Shown in pieces: positions 1-10,182 of a stretch of DNA of 55,782 nt (positions are counted from its first letter, which is position 1; each line of letters begins with the position of its first letter). The DNA comes from a virus. The stretch lies in the IMG/VR virus record IMGVR_UViG_3300045988_088382; one strand, 5' to 3'. A model generated the notes under the pieces. It was not told the DNA's origin. It worked only from the letters and a program-made list of their open reading frames with translations, and searched no databases. The position numbers were made by a program, and so were the translations under genes.

Positions 1-55
1 TGCCGTCGTCGGAGAGCTGCACCGCGTTGTCAAGGGTGCGGTAAACGGTCGTGTA
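1..55. repeat. terminal direct repeat copy 1 (identical to 55728..55782)
   Basis: The first 55 nt (tgccgtcgtcggagagctgc...aaacggtcgtgta) recur exactly as the last 55 nt. This is typical of a fixed-k assembly overlap of a circular molecule. Confidence 0.95.
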
Positions 56-217
56 GCCGCTGAAATCGCCGAGCCGGGTCACGCCGTCCATGCGCCACGT
101 CGTAAAGCCTGTTGTTGGAGCGTCGGCGATACCGTCAAGCTCAATAACATGATCGTTAATGCGCGCAAAACCTGCTTCCAGGAATTCATCTGCGCCATTA
201 GATTTTATTTTAATCAT
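1..217 (-). CDS. tail-fibre-module hypothetical protein, N-terminal part of the junction-spanning ORF
   Basis: ATG at 217 (MIKIKSNGADEFLEAGFARIND...). The frame stays open to position 1 and continues in frame through the overlap into 55591..55727. The combined ORF is 117 aa. Confidence 0.6.
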   Translation of the reverse strand, partial: MIKIKSNGADEFLEAGFARINDHVIELDGIADAPTTGFTTWRMDGVTRLGDFSGYTTVYRTLDNAVQLSDDG

Positions 218-229
218 ACATTACCCCAC

Positions 230-1198
230 TTATAGAGCCTTCCAAGCGACTTGTTTATTGCCATTTATTTGCACGCCCGAATATGCTGTGCCATCAGAAG
301 CAACGCCCAAATAGTAGGTATCGCTGACAAAACTTCCCGGCCAACTGCTTCCGGTAATACGGATAAACCCACCATAGTCAGCAGGCATTGTATTCCCCTT
401 ATTTTTTTCGGTGTAAAAACCTCCTTGTTTCAATGATGTAATGTCGTTCTTAATTGTTTTAACAGCGTCCGCCCCAGCTACTTTATTCGTTAGATCGGTG
501 CTTGCAAGAATTTCTTCTAGCGTGAGCACATCAGATTGATTCGTTTTAGCATTAACATCGCTCTTTAGCCGACCAAGCTCTTCTCCGACCTTTTGCGCGT
601 CGGCGGCTTTTCCCATTTCGGTCAGCGTTGCGTCCGTGCCGGAGAGTGCTCCAACGTCCGCCGCCGTCGGCATCCAGTCGTCAGCACGCGCCCCAACGTC
701 CGCCGCTGTCAGCTCGACTTTTCCCGCGCTGTCCGGGGTCTTGCCGTTGATCGTCAGGCTCCCGATGCTGCCCGTGTCGCCGCGCGGGATCGTCAGCTCG
801 ATCACCGGCGCTTCCGCCGTGCCGGTCTGCTTGACGCTCGCCGCCGTTCCCGGCTCGCCGGTCTTTACCTGCACCGTGATCTGAGGCGTTGCGCCTGTGC
901 TGCCACGCGGGATCGTCAATGCGATTACCGGCGCTTCTGCGGTACCGCTCTGTATGACACTGGCCTCTGTTCCCGGTTCACCCGTTTCCACCTGTACCGT
1001 CATTTGCGGCGTTTTACCAGTAAGACCTTGAGGACCCCGAAGTTGTTCGATTTGCGCCTCAGTCAAGTCTTCAAAGCGCATGCTTCCATCCTTGCCGGGA
1101 GGCCCCGGGGGGCCTTGATAGCGGTCATTAAGTTTTGCGGTCACCCGAACGGAAGTATTTAGAATCTCAGCCGCCGCTACTCGTTTTTCGTCGCTCAT
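230..1198 (-). CDS. collagen-like repeat tail fibre protein
   Basis: 322 aa. G-X-Y run GPPGPPGKDG. Two tandem modules TGEPGT.ASV.Q.GTAEAPVI.LTIPRG.TG are also present in 53402..55066. ATGA overlap with the upstream ORF. Confidence 0.75.
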   Translation of the reverse strand: MSDEKRVAAAEILNTSVRVTAKLNDRYQGPPGPPGKDGSMRFEDLTEAQIEQLRGPQGLTGKTPQMTVQVETGEPGTEASVIQSGTAEAPVIALTIPRGSTGATPQITVQVKTGEPGTAASVKQTGTAEAPVIELTIPRGDTGSIGSLTINGKTPDSAGKVELTAADVGARADDWMPTAADVGALSGTDATLTEMGKAADAQKVGEELGRLKSDVNAKTNQSDVLTLEEILASTDLTNKVAGADAVKTIKNDITSLKQGGFYTEKNKGNTMPADYGGFIRITGSSWPGSFVSDTYYLGVASDGTAYSGVQINGNKQVAWKAL

Positions 1199-1530
1199 TC
1201 TTGGCTCACCGCCTTTGCTACCTTAAAATCTCCGGGTTCCAGAATCCGATGCTCGTCTGCGAGCACGAACTCTACTTGCCATTTATAGGTTCCGTCAGGG
1301 TATTCCACAGTGTCCGCGTGTAAAAACGACCACAGAAAGCGATTGTTTTCTAAGTCTGCGGTTTCAATAGCTTGCGCCAGCAGATCTCCGCGACTGCCTG
1401 ACTGCGAAATTTTCCTGATGGATAGTATTGCGTAGTCACCTTCAAGGAGCTTGATATCCGCCATATCGACGACCAGAACGCCGTCGTCGCCAGAAATCAA
1501 GCTGATGTTCAATCCGTCAATCTTAAACAT
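1195..1530 (-). CDS. hypothetical protein (tail module)
   Basis: 111 aa; ATG preceded by GAGGTG; tightly packed in the tail operon. Confidence 0.6.
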   Translation of the reverse strand: MFKIDGLNISLISGDDGVLVVDMADIKLLEGDYAILSIRKISQSGSRGDLLAQAIETADLENNRFLWSFLHADTVEYPDGTYKWQVEFVLADEHRILEPGDFKVAKAVSQE

Positions 1531-1536
1531 CTCAGA

Positions 1537-1737
1537 TCACCTCGCAAACAGCCGCATGTAGGTTTGTATATCCATTTGATTTTCCTTAACCGCGTCTACG
1601 GCTTTATTACGTACCAACCGTCTATACCCCGTCGGAATGTCACAGAACGGCTTGCGTCCTTCTAGCACATCGTTAAACCATGCGTCAGTTACGCCGGCAT
1701 TAGGGGTGTTTTCGGTAGTCGGAATCCTAATCTTCAA
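1537..1737 (-). CDS. hypothetical protein (tail module)
   Basis: 66 aa; TTG start 9 nt after AGGAGTGG. Confidence 0.5.
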   Translation of the reverse strand: MKIRIPTTENTPNAGVTDAWFNDVLEGRKPFCDIPTGYRRLVRNKAVDAVKENQMDIQTYMRLFAR

Positions 1738-1757
1738 TTTGATCCACTCCTATCGCG

Positions 1758-2024
1758 TCACGCGGGCTTTTCAAGCTTCACTAACACGCTACCGTTTTTG
1801 TTGCGCTGGATGATTGTGAGTTCAGTAAATCCTTCGTAGACTTCGGTTACGCCGGGTTTTGCCTTGTCTGTCTTTTCGATTTTGCCGTTGCCCTCAAAGT
1901 CAGCGGCAATTTCCGACAGCAGCCGATTATCGGGGATCTCGATCATCAGGCTTCCCGATGCGCTTGTCGGGCCGAATGCCCAATTTACATCAAGCGTCTT
2001 GCCCTTGCTCGTCGCGATTTTCAT
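1758..2024 (-). CDS. hypothetical protein (tail module)
   Basis: I chose the internal ATG at 2024 (MKIATSKGKTLDV...) because it is preceded by GGGAGGAAAG. The upstream part of the track ORF lacks an RBS. Confidence 0.55.
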   Translation of the reverse strand: MKIATSKGKTLDVNWAFGPTSASGSLMIEIPDNRLLSEIAADFEGNGKIEKTDKAKPGVTEVYEGFTELTIIQRNKNGSVLVKLEKPA

Positions 2025-2175
2025 TTTCACTTTCCTCCCTCTGAACCTTTTCGATTGCATCAACACAATTATTGATTGAACGCATCGCGCCCGCAAGCAA
2101 TTCAGCGTCAGCGCCGAGCACATGGACGCGGGCAAGCGCTGCGTTCACATTGCGCAGAAGTATGTTGATCTTCAT
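1990..2175 (-). CDS. hypothetical protein (tail module)
   Basis: 61 aa; ATG at 2175 preceded by TAAGGAGGAA; 35-nt overlap with the next ORF. Confidence 0.55.
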   Translation of the reverse strand: MKINILLRNVNAALARVHVLGADAELLAGAMRSINNCVDAIEKVQREESENENRDEQGQDA

Positions 2176-2185
2176 AATTTCCTCC

Positions 2186-3031
2186 TTATGCTATCAAAAG
2201 AGTGAACGTGTCAGTGCTTACGCTGGCGCACTCGTAAAACTCCATGTTCGTCGTGCCTGACGGAGCCATTGCATACCGTTTTTTTCTGGTCACGCCGGTC
2301 ACGACCGTCACGCTTTCCCAGCGCGCCTGTTTCCCGCCGATATTGATACTGCTAATCTCCGCATAGTTGGCGCTCAAAGATTTAGTATTCAAGGCTGCTG
2401 TTGTCACGTATGAGCTGTCGGTGATTTTGATTTCCGCAATTTCCGCGTTAAATTTGGACATCGTTACATATCCATCCAGTGTGATCTTGTCCGCCTTCAA
2501 CTCGATTTCGCTGTTCAGACCGTCAATCTTGACCTCTGCGGACTTGATATCCCCTTCTGCTGTTTCGACGCGCCCGACAAGGCCGATCTGCCCGTCTGCG
2601 CCGTTCAGCGTGATCTCCGCTGACGAGATGCGTCCTTCCACCCCATCGACACGCCCGGTAATAAGCTGTATCTGGGCTTTATCCTCGTCAATATCGATTT
2701 CCGCGTAGGACAGGCGGTCTTCCATAGTCTTTTGTTTTTGCCCAAATCCGCGCATCTGTCCGCCGACGGCCTGTCGATAGCCGTATTCGTCGCGCTCTTG
2801 TTTAGGCAAAACCTCACGCGACTTATTGCCGCTGGCAGACAGCGTAGTTCTGGCCGAGCCGTTCCAGCTCATTTGCTGGCTAAACACGGGCAACAGCTCT
2901 TCTCCGCTATCCGTCTGGATTTTTAAGATATCTCCGGGATCAAGGGAGAAATCGCCGAATGTGTTTGCATAGCTAGGCTTATAGCTCGGCATGCTTTTCA
3001 TCCGATCCAAAAGATCATCCGTGTATGCCAC
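2186..3031 (-). CDS. tail/baseplate-associated protein with short-repeat region
   Basis: GTG at 3031, 7 nt after GGGAGGTG; 281 aa. Repeated segments GRVDGVEGRISSAEITLNGADGQIGLVGRVETAEGDIKSAEVKIDGLNSEIELKADKITLDG. Confidence 0.6.
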   Translation of the reverse strand: MAYTDDLLDRMKSMPSYKPSYANTFGDFSLDPGDILKIQTDSGEELLPVFSQQMSWNGSARTTLSASGNKSREVLPKQERDEYGYRQAVGGQMRGFGQKQKTMEDRLSYAEIDIDEDKAQIQLITGRVDGVEGRISSAEITLNGADGQIGLVGRVETAEGDIKSAEVKIDGLNSEIELKADKITLDGYVTMSKFNAEIAEIKITDSSYVTTAALNTKSLSANYAEISSINIGGKQARWESVTVVTGVTRKKRYAMAPSGTTNMEFYECASVSTDTFTLLIA

Positions 3032-3047
3032 GATTTCGCACCTCCCA

Positions 3048-4217
3048 TCAAGTGATAACCGTAGCAATCGGGTTATCGACGATGTACAGGGAGTTCACGC
3101 CAGACCCGGCAATCACGTCATCTCCCGCGCTGTCACGGATGATAAGTTTGTCCACGCCTGCCCTTGTATAATACCCGACATCGTATTCGCTGTAGTCATG
3201 CGCCGTCAGCGAATACCCGGCGTCACTGAACCATTTTAATTCAAGCGCACCGTCTCGGTTAATGTGGGCAAAGCAACCGCCAATCTCCGCGCACCAGCCC
3301 AGAATATCCCGATACGTAGCTTTGGCAAAGGCTTCCGGCGCAGACGAAACCGTTCTTTCGCCGTTCACCATTTGCGTAGAACCAAGGGTAACGCCTACGG
3401 CCTTACACACTTGGCCTACAAGGTTTTGAAGGGTCGTAGGAAAAGCGATAGACCCCTCTTTGTACTGGGTATCGAACAGGCTCATTGCGTCATAGGCGTC
3501 AATAGACAGCGTTTTTCGCGAGTTAAACACCGGCTTTTCTGCGTAAAACACGCCGAGCGGAACCATTTCGTAGATATCGGTGCTCGTCGGAGTGAAAACC
3601 ATAAGATTGTTTTCATCTTTGACGCCCGTGCCGCGTGTGCCCTTATGCCCGAAGCATACGCCGTAGTTCATCGTCTTCCACGCGATAGCCGCTTTTTGAA
3701 TCGGCGGCTCGTAAAACGCGAAATCTCCGGCTGTGAGTTCGCCGTTTCTGAATGTAAACTTCTGTGTTTGATTTTTCGTAAACACCAAGAGTTTATCATC
3801 GAGAAGCGCAAGCGCTTCTACCCGCTCGGTCACACCGCTTACAGCGGCATCGTTGAGCGTGAGAAACGGAGCTTTATCATTTCCGCGAATCCGAAAACTC
3901 CCGGTGTCGATTCTACACACGCAGTTAGGTGATTCGTAAATGACGTTCGTCCGAACCCCAAGATACGCCTTGAAAGCGCCGAAATCATATCCCGTCCATG
4001 TATTGTCATCGTTCAGGAGGTCAAAGGACAGCATCGCCGCCGAGCACCCGCCCGGTGCAAAATCCTCACCCTCATTAACGCTCGCCTGATAGCCGATGCC
4101 GCCGGAAGATATATTGATATCTCGTGGTGTTACAACCGCCTCGTCAAACAGAAGGAGGGGCAGTTGAAGCTCATCTTCTCGGATCGCTTCATGGAACGCC
4201 TCACTTACCGCGTACAT
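3048..4217 (-). CDS. tail-tip (Tal-position) structural protein
   Basis: ATG at 4217 preceded by AGGAGGGG; 390 aa. It is the second gene after the tape measure. Confidence 0.6.
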   Translation of the reverse strand: MYAVSEAFHEAIREDELQLPLLLFDEAVVTPRDINISSGGIGYQASVNEGEDFAPGGCSAAMLSFDLLNDDNTWTGYDFGAFKAYLGVRTNVIYESPNCVCRIDTGSFRIRGNDKAPFLTLNDAAVSGVTERVEALALLDDKLLVFTKNQTQKFTFRNGELTAGDFAFYEPPIQKAAIAWKTMNYGVCFGHKGTRGTGVKDENNLMVFTPTSTDIYEMVPLGVFYAEKPVFNSRKTLSIDAYDAMSLFDTQYKEGSIAFPTTLQNLVGQVCKAVGVTLGSTQMVNGERTVSSAPEAFAKATYRDILGWCAEIGGCFAHINRDGALELKWFSDAGYSLTAHDYSEYDVGYYTRAGVDKLIIRDSAGDDVIAGSGVNSLYIVDNPIATVIT

Positions 4218-4227
4218 CCTACCCCTC

Positions 4228-4602
4228 CTAAATTTCGATGATGTTGACCTTGAAATCGCCGATCCAGCGTTCTCTATTTGCGTCAACGCACTTCTTGGCT
4301 TCCCAATTTCGGTCGCCACAGTACGCGATAATCGTCTGCGCGCCCTCAATAGGGTCTGGATAGGTAAACTGAAATCGGTCGCCCTTATTCATAAGCCCGC
4401 CCATTTCCTTCATGGTCTCCCAGAAAATGCCGTTCCATTCCAGATTGACGTGACACTTCATCGCCACTTTGTTACGGCGAATGTCACCGCTGGCGTCACG
4501 CTCGCCAAGCGTGTCCAAGTCGCTTTGAGCGCCCTTGAAGGAAGAGGGATCAGGGATGGGAACACCGTTAATGGAGAACCCCATTTTGTAGTTGATAGCC
4601 AT
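4228..4602 (-). CDS. small tail component (Dit position)
   Basis: 124 aa; starts 4 nt after the tape-measure stop. Confidence 0.55.
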   Translation of the reverse strand: MAINYKMGFSINGVPIPDPSSFKGAQSDLDTLGERDASGDIRRNKVAMKCHVNLEWNGIFWETMKEMGGLMNKGDRFQFTYPDPIEGAQTIIAYCGDRNWEAKKCVDANRERWIGDFKVNIIEI

Positions 4603-4605
4603 CCC

Positions 4606-7600
4606 TTAACCCCCTGTCGTTCTTGCGTACAGTCTCGCGCTCTGGCTCTGCATGCGCCCCCATGCGGCGCTGGGCTCGGCTCTGGCGACAAATTCCTTGC
4701 TGGCCAGTCTACGCATAGCCTCGGTTTGCTGCTGCTGTGCGGAAACCATGCGTTCAATGGCACGGCTCACGGCGCGCTCGATACCAGCTTCGATCTGGTC
4801 ATTGTTCGCGACGGCGGTATGCCCGTTGATCGTTCCGACCAATTCAGGACCCGCCTCGCGCGCGAGGAACATCTGACCAGCGTCCGGGAAACCGCCGGAT
4901 GCAAAAGACCGGCCAGCCGGATTACCAAAGTTTTTGAAAATCCCGGATATCTTGTTCGCAGTCTTTGTAGACCACGATTTCAACCCGTTTCGGGAGCCGC
5001 CCGATGTGTCAATATTCACACCCGGAATAAGGTTTGCAATCGCCGTCGTGACCGACGTATACCCCTCTGCAATCGCGCCTGTGATGCCGCTGATAACGCC
5101 CTGACCAATGGCGCTACCGAGTGTCTGCGCCGCCGTAATAACCGGGTTATCCGATTTATTAAGCCAGTCTTTGAGCCATACCAAGGGGCTATCTACGCTC
5201 GTAGTAAGCCACGTAAACAGGTCACTGAGGATTTTGCCAAGCGTACCAATCGGATCATTGCCAAAGGTTTCCCAGTCAATGCCGTTTTCCGCAAAGTACG
5301 CTTTGATTTCATTAACGCGGTCTTTAATCCACGTAATTACGGGTCCGAAGATGGAAACGAGCGCGTTTCTACCCTCCGCCATGATCGTGGCAATCGGCCT
5401 GAAACCGAAGGCATCCTCAAAAGCATCATCAAACGGCTGTACGATATTGGTGTCCAGCCAAACACGGATGTCGTTAAAAACCGTGCTGTTTACGATTCCG
5501 TCATACACGCCTTGAATGATGTTGCCGCCCGCGCCGTCAATATACGGCTTAAAGTACGCGACAAGATCAGACCACATCTGCGAAAGAAACGGTGTAAACA
5601 TTTGCGTCGCGGCAACTGCCGCTTCACCCAGCGTGTTAAAGATGCCCGATACAATCTCACGGGCATTCGTCGCGTTAATCAAGCCTGAAAGCTCGGTTTT
5701 GAGGTCTTCCCCGATTTTCGCCCAGTCGGTTTCCTTAAACCAGTTATTAAAGCTGTTCAATGCGCCAGTCACGGTACCGTTGATCGCCCTTCCGATGCTC
5801 GCGCCCCATCCCGGCGTATTGATGAACCCAATGAACGTATCAAAGAGAAGCGTCACTTTTCGCGAGATGATCTCGCCGAGCGCATGGAAATTGATCTGGT
5901 TCAGCCCATTAGTGACGAGCGTCGAGATCTTTTCACCGATTTTTCTGGCATCGAGCTTGTTGAGAAAAGCCGCCAGGGTCTCAATGCCCGCGCTGAGTTT
6001 CTTGCCAAGATTGTTACCTATTTCAAAGGCGTTGACTTTCTCGATAATGCCGTTGACCTTAGCGGCCAGCAGGCTTCCAAGTCCCGCCCAATCTTGAGCG
6101 TTAATCGCGTCGCGAATCTGCTTGGTGAACGCGAGGATATCAGAATCAATACTGGATTCCTCGAACATCCCACTAATAGCCCCGCTACTACCGCCTCCGC
6201 CCCCGCTGTTTTTACTGGCGATGACGTTCAGCTCATCAAAGTCGGCCAATGCACCTTTTGCGGCTTTTCCTGCGCCGGACGCTGCCGCGCCAAACGCGGT
6301 CGCTTGATTCTTGGCTTTAATAAACACGCCGGAGCCGCCGAGCGCTGCAAACAGTTGATTGATTGCGTTGAGGAACTGGACAATTACGTTAGTCGCCGCC
6401 TGAATATAAGGGACGAACATGTTAATCAGCGGAGCCGCTGCCGCGCCAATGCTGTTGCGGATCAGTTGCAGCGCTGTAGACATGCTGTTTAGGCTGCTGA
6501 CAATCTGCTTGGAAAACGCCGATCCGCTAGCCTTAGCAAAGTTATAAAGGTTTGTGATGCCTTCCTTGAGCCCCTTATTGATTTGCGTTACCATTTGTCG
6601 GAACGTGCGCGTCACCGCCAAACGGCCAAGCCGCTTGAAGAACTTTCCAATCGCCGAGTAGGCGTTCATAACAGTCGTTGCAAAACTCTTAAAGGGGTAT
6701 ATCAGCGCTTGACCGACGACTTGCCCGATTTTCAGCACGCTGCTTCCTACGCTGCTAAGGATTTTGCTCACGCCCGAGACAATGCTGCTAAAGGCGCTCT
6801 TAATCACAGAAACCGCGCTGAGGAAGACGCTCTTTAGCGCGCCCGCGACTTTTCCAGCTATGGGTATCACCGCGTTCCCGATTTTACCGAGAACGTTTAT
6901 AACCCCTGAAAAAGCGCTACCTACAGTCTTGACAGCGGACATTGCCTTGCCGCCAAAGCTGTTTTCAAACTCCAAGCGCTTGACCTTTTCCCGCAGTTTA
7001 GGAAGCGTCTCTAGGAGCTTAACCTTTTCGCGCAGATTAGCCAATTCCTGATCCACTTCTGCGGATTGAGAGTACGCGCCGGAGCGGATTGCCTCTTCCT
7101 TGGCCTGCAATTTTTGAAGCGTCAGGTTTTCGGCAATGTATTCACGCATGACTTTAAGCTCCATGCGCCATTCCTCGCCCTTGTCCTGACCGGCAAAGCC
7201 CCATTCCTTTTCTTTTTGGAGCTTCGGAAGCGTTACGTACTCGCGCTTCAAATCCTGGATGGCCTTGATCTGCTCTCGAATCGCTTTAGCATGCTCTTGA
7301 GCGGCCTTTGCGGCTTTCATCTCTTTATCGTAGGCCGCCATGTATGCCGACGGACTGCCCGATTCCATCTGCCGGCCGTACAAGCCCTTGCCGTCATCCC
7401 GGAAAGAAAAATCCTTGATCCCGGACACTCGACGGCTTTTCTGATACGACCGCGCTATGATGTCAGCGATTTCTTCGTCCGACTGCCGCTTAAAGCTAGT
7501 CCTTGCTTCCTCCTGAGCCTGCAACCCGGCGAGCCGTTCTTCGTCCTTGGCAAGCCGAAGCCTGGCTTTTTCTCTCCGCACTTCTGCCGTGCGTTCGCGA

Positions 7601-8010
7601 ATGGCCGCAAGCTCCGGGTCTGCCGGCTTTCTCGACCGCCCTGAACCGCCTGTCGCGCCGCTGACCGTAGCCTTGGCGGCTTTCACGGATTCCTTGAGGT
7701 TTGCGGTAAAACGGGATACATCCTGATTGTTCAGCTTGCTCATGCTGGCCGTCAAGTCATTGACGGCGGCTCCAAGCTGCTCAACAAGCCGGATGGTGTT
7801 CTGCATCCCCTTACCGTTGCTGGATTTATCAATGGCGCTCAAGCCCTTTGCAAGCTCTTTCATAGAGCCTACAAAGCCGGAAACGCCGAAAGACTTCGTG
7901 ATCTGGGAGATTCTGCTGATCGTCTGTTCAAGGCTTTTAATTTTGGTTTCGGCCTCCGCAATTTCAGCAGTAATGCGTATGCTTACGTCATTTACCTGCT
8001 CGTCAGCCAT
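4606..8010 (-). CDS. tail tape measure protein
   Basis: 1134 aa and the largest ORF. Coiled-coil Ala/Glu/Lys-rich N-terminal third and a long Gly/Ala/Ser/Ile-rich central region. It lies directly downstream of the chaperone pair. Confidence 0.9.
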   Translation of the reverse strand: MADEQVNDVSIRITAEIAEAETKIKSLEQTISRISQITKSFGVSGFVGSMKELAKGLSAIDKSSNGKGMQNTIRLVEQLGAAVNDLTASMSKLNNQDVSRFTANLKESVKAAKATVSGATGGSGRSRKPADPELAAIRERTAEVRREKARLRLAKDEERLAGLQAQEEARTSFKRQSDEEIADIIARSYQKSRRVSGIKDFSFRDDGKGLYGRQMESGSPSAYMAAYDKEMKAAKAAQEHAKAIREQIKAIQDLKREYVTLPKLQKEKEWGFAGQDKGEEWRMELKVMREYIAENLTLQKLQAKEEAIRSGAYSQSAEVDQELANLREKVKLLETLPKLREKVKRLEFENSFGGKAMSAVKTVGSAFSGVINVLGKIGNAVIPIAGKVAGALKSVFLSAVSVIKSAFSSIVSGVSKILSSVGSSVLKIGQVVGQALIYPFKSFATTVMNAYSAIGKFFKRLGRLAVTRTFRQMVTQINKGLKEGITNLYNFAKASGSAFSKQIVSSLNSMSTALQLIRNSIGAAAAPLINMFVPYIQAATNVIVQFLNAINQLFAALGGSGVFIKAKNQATAFGAAASGAGKAAKGALADFDELNVIASKNSGGGGGSSGAISGMFEESSIDSDILAFTKQIRDAINAQDWAGLGSLLAAKVNGIIEKVNAFEIGNNLGKKLSAGIETLAAFLNKLDARKIGEKISTLVTNGLNQINFHALGEIISRKVTLLFDTFIGFINTPGWGASIGRAINGTVTGALNSFNNWFKETDWAKIGEDLKTELSGLINATNAREIVSGIFNTLGEAAVAATQMFTPFLSQMWSDLVAYFKPYIDGAGGNIIQGVYDGIVNSTVFNDIRVWLDTNIVQPFDDAFEDAFGFRPIATIMAEGRNALVSIFGPVITWIKDRVNEIKAYFAENGIDWETFGNDPIGTLGKILSDLFTWLTTSVDSPLVWLKDWLNKSDNPVITAAQTLGSAIGQGVISGITGAIAEGYTSVTTAIANLIPGVNIDTSGGSRNGLKSWSTKTANKISGIFKNFGNPAGRSFASGGFPDAGQMFLAREAGPELVGTINGHTAVANNDQIEAGIERAVSRAIERMVSAQQQQTEAMRRLASKEFVARAEPSAAWGRMQSQSARLYARTTGG

Positions 8011-8392
8011 TGGCCATCTCCCCTTTCTTTTTTAGATTCTTGTTGATCGGCTTCATAAACATCGCCATGAACATTTCGCAGCTTTCGTCAACCTTTGCTT
8101 CAAGCTCCTGCTCGTTTTCGGTATCCCGCCTCGGCCGGAGGTCAAACGGCTTTTCCAAGTAAGGATCCGCTTTCGGATTACGGCTCCCGAAGGCCAGCAT
8201 CGGCGCGATACACCCCATCGCCTGATAAAAATACGCGCCTAGCAGCCAAGCGTCGGTATTGGCTCTCTCCTGCCTAATCTCATCCGCTTTCCTGTAGGCG
8301 CGTACTAACATGCCGTCCTGATTCCAATATTGGTCATAGGTCATGCCTATGCTCAAATAATAGGGAAACCATTCTTCAAAGCATTCACTCAT
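8003..8392 (-). CDS. tail assembly chaperone, T-frame segment (probably made as a G-T fusion)
   Basis: 129 aa in the -1 frame relative to 8425..8763. The frame is open back to the slippery GGGAAAC. It overlaps the tape-measure start by 8 nt. Confidence 0.7.
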   Translation of the reverse strand: MSECFEEWFPYYLSIGMTYDQYWNQDGMLVRAYRKADEIRQERANTDAWLLGAYFYQAMGCIAPMLAFGSRNPKADPYLEKPFDLRPRRDTENEQELEAKVDESCEMFMAMFMKPINKNLKKKGEMANG

Positions 8393-8424
8393 TCGAGGTG
8401 ACTTTTTGGGTGTGGCCGCCGCGT

Positions 8425-8763
8425 TTACTCCATCACCCAGCCGAAGTTTCCCTCGTCTTCGTCTTCATCTTCGCCATCTTCGCCAAACATGGCCTTAAAC
8501 GGTTCCAAATACAATTCAGTCAGGGCATGCAGGAGCTTTGTCTTGCCCTTCTGCGCGTCGAAAATCTCATTGACCAGCTCCTGCTTTACCCGGCTATGGT
8601 GCATCAGGAATGCGCCGGAAAACAGCTTAGGGAGCATTGTCATGGGCATAGAATCCATCTCGTCGATGCGAAAGCCCGCCTCTTCCATTGCCTGAACGGT
8701 CTTACGGCTGTATTCAAGGGTATACTTTACGCCGTCATACTCAATCTTGATTCTCTTAGCCAT
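8425..8763 (-). CDS. tail assembly chaperone (G frame)
   Basis: ATG at 8763 (MAKRIKIEYDGVKYTLEYSR...); acidic C-terminus EDGEDEDEDEG; lies between the major tail and tape measure genes. Confidence 0.75.
   Translation of the reverse strand: MAKRIKIEYDGVKYTLEYSRKTVQAMEEAGFRIDEMDSMPMTMLPKLFSGAFLMHHSRVKQELVNEIFDAQKGKTKLLHALTELYLEPFKAMFGEDGEDEDEDEGNFGWVME
8446..8452 (-). promoter_or_regulatory. -1 programmed ribosomal frameshift slippery heptamer G_GGA_AAC
   Basis: The minus-strand codons GAG GGA AAC place GGGAAAC in X_XXY_YYZ phase, 6 codons before the G-frame stop. The -1 frame is open from here into 8003..8392. Confidence 0.7.
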
Positions 8764-8810
8764 GTCCTTCTTCGTCCTCTCTTTCACAGTCGCAGTCTTA
8801 CACAGAATAC

Positions 8811-9245
8811 TTAGGCAATCGGCTCAATCGGCGTAGACGGCGTGACGATGACGTTCATCTGAACGCGCTCGTTGACGCCACCGCCGGAAATCTGCGGGCG
8901 GATATAACCCTTGAAACCGAACTTACCCTTGCTACCGTCCGGGACAGCCGCAGTGCCCTTGCCCGTCGCGCCAAAAAATAGGGCGAGATCATGCTCCGCA
9001 CCGTCGTTCAACGTCTGAACGGAATCGTAGTCTTCCTTGGTATAATTGCTCTCAAAGGTCATGTTGTCATTACCCTCAATGCCGGGTATGAAGGTCTGCA
9101 TGTGATCTGAAAGCGTAGTCGTATCAATCGTCTCCGGAGCCTGACCCAGATCAGGGAAGGAGATAATGTCGATCAGCTTTTCGTAAGTCTCACCCGATTT
9201 CTTAATCATCAGGTAAGTCTGATAGGTGCTAATAGCCTTCGCCAT
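8811..9245 (-). CDS. major tail protein
   Basis: 144 aa from the second ATG, 8 nt after AAGGGGGAA. The size and the position just upstream of the chaperone pair are typical of siphovirus major tail proteins. Confidence 0.7.
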   Translation of the reverse strand: MAKAISTYQTYLMIKKSGETYEKLIDIISFPDLGQAPETIDTTTLSDHMQTFIPGIEGNDNMTFESNYTKEDYDSVQTLNDGAEHDLALFFGATGKGTAAVPDGSKGKFGFKGYIRPQISGGGVNERVQMNVIVTPSTPIEPIA

Positions 9246-9262
9246 AAGCATTTCCCCCTTTA

Positions 9263-9676
9263 TTAACGTCTATAGATAACGCCGTCTGCGTCCACAGCAC
9301 ATCGGTATCGAAGCGTCATCTGGTAAATGGAGTTGTAATTTCGATTTCGCGTAACGCTCGTTGACGAGCGGATAAAACCCAAAGCAATGAATGCCTTGTC
9401 CACCGCATCGGCGATCCTTCTGCACTCTTGCTTCTTTCCGGCCAGACTGTCTGTGAACACGTCAACCTCATAAAGCAAGTTCGCGAAGCACTCCGAATCG
9501 GAGCTGTCCTGAAAGCGCTTGTTCGTAGCGTTGCCGGTTTCGACAATGCTTACAAACGGCAACTGCGGAGGATGCGGGTTATAGGCCGACGCGAAGGTTA
9601 TGTCCTTCGCAAACTCGTTTTCAGCCATTACGCGATCTACAACGGCGCTGTAGACAGCCGCTTCTACGTCAATCAC
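9263..9676 (-). CDS. tail completion / head-tail joining protein
   Basis: 137 aa; GTG start 7 nt after GAGGTGG; position between the connector genes and the major tail gene. Confidence 0.5.
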   Translation of the reverse strand: MIDVEAAVYSAVVDRVMAENEFAKDITFASAYNPHPPQLPFVSIVETGNATNKRFQDSSDSECFANLLYEVDVFTDSLAGKKQECRRIADAVDKAFIALGFIRSSTSVTRNRNYNSIYQMTLRYRCAVDADGVIYRR

Positions 9677-10178
9677 TTAACGTCCACCTCGCTACATCCG
9701 TAATGACTTCACGTCCATACTCAGCCGCGTTGTACATTGGCGCGGCAATCGGTGTGCCGTGCGTAAAGCGCTTCTCACCGTCTCCGTCGATATATACCCA
9801 TGTGTCTCTTGCGCCCTTTCCTTGGCCATACGTGCCAATGGCACTCATGCCCATAGATTCAGCCCACGGATGCGGATAGGAGCCGACCGCGCCTGCACCG
9901 CCGTTGTAAAACTGGCCTGCGCCAAACTCGATCCACGGAACGCTTTCACCTCTGGCTACTACGCGCGCGGCGTCCCCGTCTTCCTCGACGGCTACGTGAA
10001 CGTCTTTTTCCTGCTCGTAAACAGCGCTGTCAAAGTTTTCCTGCGCTTTGTCGCGGATGGCTTCTGCCGTATTCTGGACAATCTGGCGCTTTTTTTCCTT
10101 GAGTTCGTCAAGATAAGCTCCAAGGATCGCGCTCAGGTCATCCAAATGAAACAGATCGACCGTAATTTCTCGGCTCAT
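9669..10178 (-). CDS. head-tail joining protein (HK97 gp10-like position)
   Basis: ATG at 10178 (MSREITVDLFHLDD...), just after the upstream stop; 169 aa. Confidence 0.5.
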   Translation of the reverse strand: MSREITVDLFHLDDLSAILGAYLDELKEKKRQIVQNTAEAIRDKAQENFDSAVYEQEKDVHVAVEEDGDAARVVARGESVPWIEFGAGQFYNGGAGAVGSYPHPWAESMGMSAIGTYGQGKGARDTWVYIDGDGEKRFTHGTPIAAPMYNAAEYGREVITDVARWTLSD

Positions 10179-10182
10179 ATGC

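Noticed and set aside
230-1198. Possible diversity-generating retroelement acting on the repeated fibre modules
   Set aside because: No reverse transcriptase ORF exists anywhere in the six-frame track, and no template/variable repeat pair with adenine-specific differences was evident.
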